Source: Octopus vulgaris
Lineage: Eukaryota
Length of the DNA stretch: 64,000 bases
Assembly: GCA_951406725.2 (NCBI GenBank)
Contig: OX597814.1
Location: forward strand, 142,724,001 to 142,788,000
Direction of reading: 5' to 3'
The first letter of the stretch is position 1. The number at the start of each line of letters is the position of its first letter. The notes under the pieces were generated by a model. It did not search any database, was not told the origin of the DNA, and saw only the letters and a list, made by a program, of their open reading frames with translations. A program made the position numbers and the translations under genes. Positions 54,679-64,000 of this stretch are shown one piece after another.

Positions 54679-55121
54679 CATGTCATATCAACATGGCAGA
54701 GTGAGTGATATTTGAATTACATATACTGCCCAACCAATGAGCTTCTGCCCATCTCACCCACAAAGCTTGGGTTCACCCAAGGGTATGCTAAAGGCATCAG
54801 TCCAGGATACAATGGGATTGAATTCAAGAACCTATGTTTGCAATGCAAACTTCTTAATCACCCAACCATTCCTGCATCTACACACACACACACATACAGA
54901 TACACACAAACATATGATATACACAAATATATGTATATACAAAGAGTTCACGCAAACATGCTTTTATACTCACACATATATGCATCTATACACAAGTGTA
55001 CACACACATGCATACAGGTTTATACATATGCACATATCCATACTACATGAACTGTGTATTAACTTACTACACAAACCAAAGATATAGATATATATCAATT
55101 ATAGCTTTCACCTCTCTCTTT

Positions 55122-55187
55122 GCAACACTAAGGAGTGGCGTCTACAATGGTGTTGACACCAGAGTAGACAGCACTCCTTAGTCTTGC
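55122..55187. ncRNA. Candidate pre-miRNA-like hairpin
   Basis: gcaa-c-actaaggagtg-gc-gtctac-aa-tggtgt-tg-acacca-ga-gtagac-ag-cactccttagt-c-ttgc. Structural evidence only. Confidence 0.3.
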
Positions 55188-55418
55188 GACAGACAAGCGT
55201 AGTAGAGTCACTGATGTGATAAAAATCGTCTGCTCTACGAAGTTGTTGGTGATGGGAAGGGCATTCAGCTATAAAAATATCAATAAATCATTAAAGGAAA
55301 GAGAGACAGAAGGAAGCAAGCGAGAGACTCCTGCCCCTTTGCTGTGCAGCAAAACCTATCTAGGAAGGCAGTAACTTTGAATAAGAGATATGAAGTAGAG
55401 GGTACTTTGGTATAACTA

Positions 55419-55924
55419 CAGATTGGGGCTCCACCCCAACTTTGGTTCTTTATAACTTTCTGAAGATGCAGATTTTTAAACGAAATTTTGCAGAGATGGA
55501 TTTTCAAGAGATTACGATTAAGTAGATAACTTAGGAAAAAAACATTTTTGAATGGTGTTTTGAATCAACACTCACATCCTGGCCGTTTCCATATGATTAT
55601 CTTTAAAATGCATATTCTTAAATAACATTTTGCGAAAATACGCTCGACAGATTGTATATGATGTAATGTTAATAATGTTTCAAACATAAAAATCAGGAGG
55701 GGGGGGGGGGGGGAATAGTGAAAAATTAAAGTTACGGAAATTGGTAGGAATAAATCTAAGCGAGGACGGAGGAAGAACAATTCGAATTCTTCTCAATTTT
55801 TTGCCTTATATTTTATCCACATTTTTGCGATCTACACTTTCGAAAATGTATTCAAACATCACTTGAAAGTATTTAAAAAGAGTTGTGAAAAAAACAAAAA
55901 TAAAATCGATGGGGCACCAATTTG
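55419..55924. mobile_element. ~505-bp Tc1/mariner-type MITE, copy 1
   Basis: TA|cagattggggctcca...tggggcaccaatttg|TA, with internal similarity to 58592-59100. Confidence 0.7.
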
Positions 55925-56160
55925 TATATATTCATACGGAAGCCAGTATCACTGAAGTCAGTGATACTATCAAATGCTTCCAGACCGTGCCATAAAGTAA
56001 GTTAGTGACAAGATTATCAGACAAATCAGTAAAGTGTCTGGTTTTCTGCGTTGGTGTGCCTGACGAGGAAGGCGTGTGACGGAGTGGCTAGACGCTTTAA
56101 GATCCGGCTTACATATTACGGCATACAAAAGAAGTGATGATTATCATAATTATTATGCTA

Positions 56161-56490
56161 TATATTTTTTGTTGCGTCTAGGGAGAGTCATTCTGTTTTA
56201 ATGCCTTATTAATTAACACACTCACCGGTTCAATTTCCACTCGTTTACTTATTTATTTATTTTCGTTGCTTCTCGCAACCTCTTCAATAGTTGTTAACTG
56301 TCCGCTATCGGAGTTGCGTTCTAATATATATGTCTGCATATATATATGGAATGTTCTTTATGTTGCCTGTCTCGTTTCTCTATTTGTTTCTTTCGTTGTT
56401 TGAAAAAAAGTTCGATTTCCATGCTTTTGCTTCTAATGTTCTCGTTTCTCATTTTGTTCACGTTTTTTTGACGTCCTGTACCCACATATG
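56161..56490 (-). mobile_element. Penelope-like remnant with hammerhead-like motif
   Basis: Minus strand 56290-56259 reads ctaTTGAAGA-g-gttgc-gagaa-gcaac-GAAAat, with a perfect 5-bp helix II. Confidence 0.4.
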
Positions 56491-56583
56491 CATGTATATA
56501 TACATATGTAGGCATGTACATGTATGTGTATATGCATATATATATCCATGCTAGCATGGAAAACGGACGTTTAACGATGATGA

Positions 56584-56641
<58 letters not shown>

Positions 56642-56836
56642 TTTTATTCTTTTACTTGTTTCAGTCATTTGACTGCGGTTATGCTGGAGCACTGCCTTAA
56701 AGGATTTTTTAGTCGAAGAAATCGACCCCAGGACTTATTCTGTTGGTCTCTTTTGCCGAACCGTTAAGTTACTGGGATGCGAACACACCAGCATCGGTTG
56801 TCAAGCGATGGTGGGGGAACAAACATAGATACAAAT

Positions 56837-56875
<39 letters not shown>

Positions 56876-57818
56876 CGACGGGCTTCCTTCAGTCTCCGTC
56901 TACCAAATCCACCCACAAGGCTTTGGTCGGCCTGAGGCTTTAGTAGAAGACATTTGCCCAGGGTGCCACGTAATGGGACTGAACTTGGAACCATGTGGTT
57001 GGGAAGCAAGCTTCTTACCACACAGCCACGAATGCGCATATAACATTATTTAGCACAAAACTTGCTTTGTAGGGCATTCGTTTCTGAGAGCCCACAATTG
57101 GAAACACATTCCAGAAGCGCGTAGTATTGATACTTCGAAATGATCACCGGGTTCATTTGGCCAACATGCCCACACAGACATGCACGGGTGCGCGAGTGTG
57201 TGTGAGAGAGAGAGTATGCATAAGGCGCCCAGCCTACTGGTTAGGGTGTTGTACCCACAGTTGCTAGAGCATGGGTTCGATTCCCGGATCGGGTGGCGAG
57301 TTGTGTTCTTGTGCAAAACACTTCATTTCGCGTTGCTCCAGTCCACGCAGCTGTAAATGGGAAACCCGATAGAATAAGTCTTCTGAACAGGGGGATAGTT
57401 TATTCGCCTAGCCAGTCAATCGAAGGCTAAAACAACGCGCATTGTGACCAGCGGTGGATAACAGCATCAAGGAGCCTGGTCAATACCGTGATATACATAT
57501 ACATATATATATATATATATACACACTGACAAACACACACACACAGATATAGATATACACGCGCACGCGCACATGTGTACGAAGCAGGCAGGCATATGTA
57601 CTCCTTCATATAGAGAAACACTCCCCGGAGACTTAATTACGCACCCAGACATATTTGAATATGATACGTTTGTGTTAATCGTAATTAATTGTAAACAATA
57701 TTTAAGTAATTTCATTAAATTACTATATACACATGCTTTAATAAAGTTGTTAAATACACAGCTGGTTTACAATAATCAAGTAATACCAAATATACATACT
57801 AAGGAGTCGATTATAATT

Positions 57819-57882
<64 letters not shown>

Positions 57883-58591
57883 CAAGACAGAACAAATCCC
57901 GGGGTTAACGAAAGCGTCACTCACTACACAACAGATGGACTGCTAGAAATAGCAGCCAAATCACTAGTCTTTAAAAAGATAGTAGTAGTTCGCGAGGATG
58001 CTCACAGCTGGAACGTTTAACATAATGTCAGCTTCATCAGAGCTAATCTGCAAGTACAACAACAACAACAGTACATAAAATGTTGAGATTGTTGCCTGTC
58101 CCTGCCCAAGTCAGGCAATGACGAAACAGCAAACCTAAAATACCAAACGGTGTCCATTTTTCAGCCTAGACAATCACGTCCCTTTTTCAAGCATAGCAGA
58201 TATGTAAAACTACTACATTAGCTAATGTACCCCCAACCTTCTATTTTCAAGACCTTAATGTAATTTTGACAGAGATTTCGCTGCTATTTCCAGCAGCCAC
58301 GTCCAACCTCTCTCTTTTTGCTTATAACAACATGGTTTGATATAAAAGTAATTCATTCAATAGAAAGTTCTTAACATTGATAATAATGTGTGCAACGTGC
58401 GTGAACAGGATAGTAGTAAGTACGGTGGACGATATTTAACAATGGACAAATATTGAGTAAACATCGGTTACGAAAGGTATTTATTTGCCAAACGACAGCA
58501 GAAGATTCGCATCTTTAGAAAGCACGCCCTCCGTTCATTTGAAAAATTAAATGCACACATATATGCATACATACATACAAAGACATAATTA

Positions 58592-59100
58592 TAGTTTGTC
58601 TCCCAGCTAGATTTTGTTACATCATAAATTTCTGTAAAAGAAGGAAATTGCAATATATCTTAATGAAATTTTGTAGAGATACATTTTCAAGGATATGCAT
58701 AACAGTTATGTTGAAAATAAGAAAATTTTGAAGTTTCGTATCAATCTAACCTCGACTGATTTCTCAAAACTCTTTAAAATACTCATTTTTACAAAGCATT
58801 TTACAGAGATGCGTTCCCCGTGAATGTATATTACGTAATATTGATATTTCAAACATATAAATGTAAAAAAAAACAACCAAAAGTGAAAAATTGTTTAAGA
58901 GACAAATTGATTGGTAGGTAAGTTGTAATAAGGAATATGTGAAACGATGCGAAACACCTTCGAAAAAAAAATGCAAATTAAATTTTGTCAGCACAATCGT
59001 AATCAATACCCTCGAAAACGTGGTTGCAGCAAAATTTTATTCAACGCATACATTTTTTCAGAGAATCACAAGAAAATAAAATCTGTGGGGCACCAAACTG
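58592..59100. mobile_element. ~509-bp Tc1/mariner-type MITE, copy 2
   Basis: TA|tagtttgtctccca...tggggcaccaaactg|TA. Shares gaaattttg(c/t)agagat..attttcaag and aaaataaaatc..tggggcacca with copy 1. Confidence 0.65.
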
Positions 59101-59137
59101 TAGTTATGTCTATCTAAGTATCTACACGTATCGATGC

Positions 59138-59182
<45 letters not shown>

Positions 59183-60530
59183 AATACCTCAACTTACGTT
59201 GTTTCCAGTTACATCATTTTCGACTTTACGTCGTTCTCTTTTCCTTTCATTTTTTTTTTTAAGAAATAAATTTCAACTTCAGTTGATTGATCTGAATGCA
59301 CACCAGTCTCAGAGAAAAATTAAAAACATAAAATTTTTAACAATAAACTAAAAAAAAAAACCCCAACTAACACTGATGTAGAAAATCAAATATAACACAC
59401 GTGAAAATATATACAAACTATTTATTAAAACAGACATAAGCTAATAAACTTAAAAAAAAAACTGATTGTGTTACGTCGTTTTCCGAGTTAAGTCGCATGT
59501 CTCGGTAACACCAACGTAAATTGAGGTATGCATATACATATGTGTAAGTTAAGAAACGGTGGGCATTAGAATGCGTGAGGTATCGCTGCCTACGACTACT
59601 GACGGTTTTTATATGCCCCAATATTAGACTATTTTCTAAAGTCAATATATGGTGAAAGCGTAAGCTTTTATGTCCATACATTGTATGTATGTATGTATAT
59701 GTGAGTGTGTGTGTGTGTGCATGCATATATTATTATATGTATTGAACCGACTGTACTTCTTATCAGTAAATTGATAAAATATATTCGTTCAGTTCGTACA
59801 TCAGCTAACTCAACAATAAGGTCGATTTCGCGAAACCCTTTCGTCAGCATTATGTAATCCCTGATTTCGCTGCGATCAATACATACATTATGCACTAACA
59901 CGCGAGTGATGTTCGATCACTTTACATATTCCTGGCAGAAAATAAATTCGATATCCCGATTACGACACAACTTTAATGAATTACATTTCTTCCATTACAT
60001 ACAAAAAAATGGACCGAAAGTGAAAATTTCCTTTTCACATTATATATAGTGAAAAGTTGTTCACTTCGTAAATCACGAAAAACGAGGTTCGATCGCACCG
60101 CATGGCACTCAGATGGATCGACCCAAGATGACGGGCGACCGTCACTGGGTATTGATACTACTACTTCTTGTGTACCAGACTTACTCCACCCACCGTCTCG
60201 TGTATAAAACAAACAACGGAGCCCTGAGCATAGAAAGCGTTTGGATCAGGCCACCGATTCGAGAATAAGATTACACAAATGTCCAGAGATTCAGCTTCCG
60301 ACTGTTGCAACTCATGAATGGTGGTTTCATTTTTCCCTTCCACCCACGAGTCTCAGATGCGTTGCGAAAAGGTCACGACGATCTGAAAAGCCAAAATTCA
60401 GTATAATGGATATGGCATTCGGCAGACAGGGTAACAATGCGTATATCAAACCACTGCAAGGCGTGTATATAGACTGGAAATGGTATCCATGACACTTTAC
60501 ACGTGTGTGTGTGTGCGTGCGCGCGCACAC

Positions 60531-60605
<75 letters not shown>

Positions 60606-60647
60606 TTATATATATAAACACACAAAAGTGTAACACATACATCTATA

Positions 60648-60702
<55 letters not shown>

Positions 60703-61339
60703 ACACAAAAGTGTAACACATACATCTATAGGCATATATATATATATAAGCTCGTGAAGAAGTCTGCTTCCCACGTTTCCGGGATCAGTCCCACTGCGTG
60801 GTACCTGGGGCTAGTATCTTCTACTATACTTTAAACTGACCACAGCCTTGTGAGTGGATTTGGTAGACGAAAACTGAAAGAAACTTGTATATAGATGTGT
60901 ATACACGAGTGTGCGCCTGATACTACTGCTTCACAACCGGTGTTGGCGCGCTTACGTCCCCGTAACATCGTGTTTCGGCTTAGGACACTGATAGAATAAG
61001 TACTGGCGCTTGAAAAGAGTAACTACTGGGGGTCGATTGAAGCGACTAGAGCCCTTCAAAATGGTGCCCCAGGATGGCTGCAGACACACACACAAACTTG
61101 TGTGTGACTGCATATGTATATCTTCGTTTTAAATTTCACTGCTCTGTGATTGAGCGGGCCAGACGGAATCCGTTGAGACACATTATCTACAGCTGGATAC
61201 CTTTCCTGTCGTCAAACCCCATGCAAGGACGTTTTCAGAGAAGAATGGAGATGTATGACGCCATTCATATGCCGGTGAGACAACTAGAATGCGATATCAA
61301 GAGGTGACATAAATATATCTGTCCCTCTCTCTCTGCGTA

Positions 61340-61658
61340 TGAATGCGTGCACACATACACACACATGCATGTATCAGTATATACATGTATTTTAAATATA
61401 GATACAGACACAAACATAAATGACAAAAAGATATATAAATGACAAAAGATATATGCATGCATAAATGCATATATATATATTGTTGACGTTATAAGTTATA
61501 AACTTTCGAGAGAATGTGAAATACTTATGTATATATAAATATATATATATGTACTTATGCATGCATGTAACTATGCCTGCATATATATATATACACATAA
61601 TTATGCATAGAGAACTATATAATTAGAGATTATATGTATGCACACACACACACACACA

Positions 61659-61712
<54 letters not shown>

Positions 61713-62071
61713 ATCATGATTATACATCTGCTGGGTCAGACGACAGCATCAGACGCTCTAACGTCCGTTTTGGCATGGTTTCTAAAGCTGGATGCCCTTC
61801 CTAATGCTATTTTACAAAATGTACCGGGTGCTTTTTATCGTAACACTGACATTAATTGAGGGCACCAAATAACTTGCAAGAACTCAAAACCTGGGTGGGG
61901 ATCTACTATTAAGGGGAGGTGTCGTTATGTCAGGAGTTGAAAGGTTAAAAATATGAGAGTCAGAAAATGATATCTTGCTTTAATAGCGTAGAGTAAATGA
62001 TATATATACACACACACAAATTAAACAGACATAAAGATCTATATACATACACATGTATGCATGTCTGCCTG

Positions 62072-62128
<57 letters not shown>

Positions 62129-62768
62129 ATATATATATATATATATATAATATATGCATATACATCCATAATCATTTATATGAATATACAAATGTGTATA
62201 TACAAATATATATTCATGAATATACAAACACATCCATCCATCAATATAAACGTATATATTTGTATATAATAAACAGGTACGCAAAACAGACAAGATGCTT
62301 TCTATACAAGCATGAGGCCTTGTGTTCAGTTTCACCGCGTGTCACCTGGAGCAAAGGTCGGCCACTTTAGCCCATGAATGACCAAAAGCCTAGTCAGTGA
62401 ATCTGTTAGATGGAAACTGAAAGAAGTTCATTGTGAGTACATGCGTGTGTGTGTGAGTCTGTGTGCAATGGGTGTAAGTAAGCGTGACGACAATACAAGT
62501 GATGGCGTTCGTTTCCAGTCTACCGTGAAAAACGTCTAGCCACAGAAACTTCTCTGGCACGTGCAAGAATGGAGAAAGTTACACGATTATGACATATATG
62601 AATGTGTATACAGATCTGTGTGTGTGTGTGTATATATATACATACAAAACTCATAATTTAATGATTGCTTTTCCAGAAGAACACATACAATAATAGACAT
62701 ACACACACATATGCATATATGTATTCATGTATATATGCCCATTTAATTACATTTATATATGTATGTGT

Positions 62769-62816
<48 letters not shown>

Positions 62817-62934
62817 CACACACACGTATTCATACAGACGTATATAAATATATGCACATACATACACACATATATATATATATATACACAGACACATACA
62901 TATATACACACATATATATATATATATATACACG

Positions 62935-62969
<35 letters not shown>

Positions 62970-63821
62970 TCGTTTAGCGTCCGCTTTCCATGCTAGCATG
63001 GGTTGGATGGTTCAACTGAGGTCTGGGAAGCCAGAGGGCTGTACCAGGCCCAGTCTGATCTGACAATGTTTCTACGGCTGGATGCCCTTCCTAACGCTAA
63101 CCACTCCGTATATATATATATACAAACACGCATACATATATACACACAAGCAGATATATACATATATATAGCACATACGTAGCTGTGTGGTAAGAAGCTT
63201 GCTACACAGCCATACAGTTCCGGATTCAGTCTCACTGCGATCAACCAAAGGCAAGTGTCTACTATTATATCCCTGGGCTGCCCAAAACATTCTTTGTTGA
63301 AACTGAAAGAAGATCTTCACGGATACATTTACCTATGTATGTGTGTGTACCGTTGAGTTTGTATTTCTACCCCACCACTGCTTCACAACCGGCGATAGGG
63401 ATTTTACTTCCGCGTAATTAAGCGATTCAGCAGAATAGACCAACGGAATAAGTTGCAGGCTTTAAAAAAGATAATACTAGGGTTGGTTCCTTTGATTAAC
63501 AATTCTTCAAGGTCATCCCCCAGCATAGCCGTACACACACACAAACATAAGTATACATATACACACACACATATATATATATAGATATAGAAAAATATAT
63601 ATGTGTGTATATATATATATATATACATACGTATGCACATACATACACGTACATATAAATATATGTGTATATATACAAATATATATATATATACATATTT
63701 ACATACACACATATATATATATATATACATATTTACATACACATATATATATATATACATATACATGCATATATACATATGTATTTGTACATCCATCCAT
63801 ACGTATATCTATCTATATATC

Positions 63822-63853
<32 letters not shown>

Positions 63854-63936
63854 CACATATATCTATGTATACATATACACGCATATATACATATGTATTT
63901 GTACGTCCATCCATACAAAATATCTATCTATCTATA

Positions 63937-63967
<31 letters not shown>

Positions 63968-64000
63968 GTACATATATATAGATATACATATATACAACGG
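61340..64000. repeat. Low-complexity (TA)/(CA)/(TACA) microsatellite field with interspersed SINE fragments
   Basis: Directly visible. Includes an antisense RTE tail at ~62966-63108 and a CORE-type SINE at ~63180-63530. Confidence 0.85.

Noticed and set aside
54081-54686. 201-aa ORF, the longest in the track
   Set aside because: It runs across a hAT MITE, a (CA)n tract and a SINE, so it is a chance composite.

Overview
AT-rich, repeat-dense eukaryotic DNA, most likely from an octopus (coleoid cephalopod) genome, judging by its SINE families and long (TA)n/(CA)n tracts. The only host gene I can support is a minus-strand TIGAR-like histidine phosphatase (phosphoglycerate mutase family), with two coding exons in the window (13632-13595 and 602-406). 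I did not confidently find its first exon. The rest is intronic or intergenic and contains SINEs (CORE-type, Meta-type, RTE-tailed), LINE remnants (CR1, L2/CR1-like, RTE, HERO), Penelope-like remnants with minimal hammerhead-ribozyme motifs, two Helitrons, and hAT, piggyBac and Tc1/mariner MITEs, often nested. Nearly all ORFs in the supplied track are microsatellite or repeat artefacts. The best leads are a ~250-bp palindrome carrying two opposed hammerhead motifs, a pre-miRNA-like hairpin at 55.1 kb, a CpG-rich island at 34.3-35.2 kb bracketed by a perfect 27-bp inverted repeat, and a CpG-decay domain pattern readable from SINE copies. None establishes a new biological system. All family assignments are by eye, from remembered motifs, without database searches.
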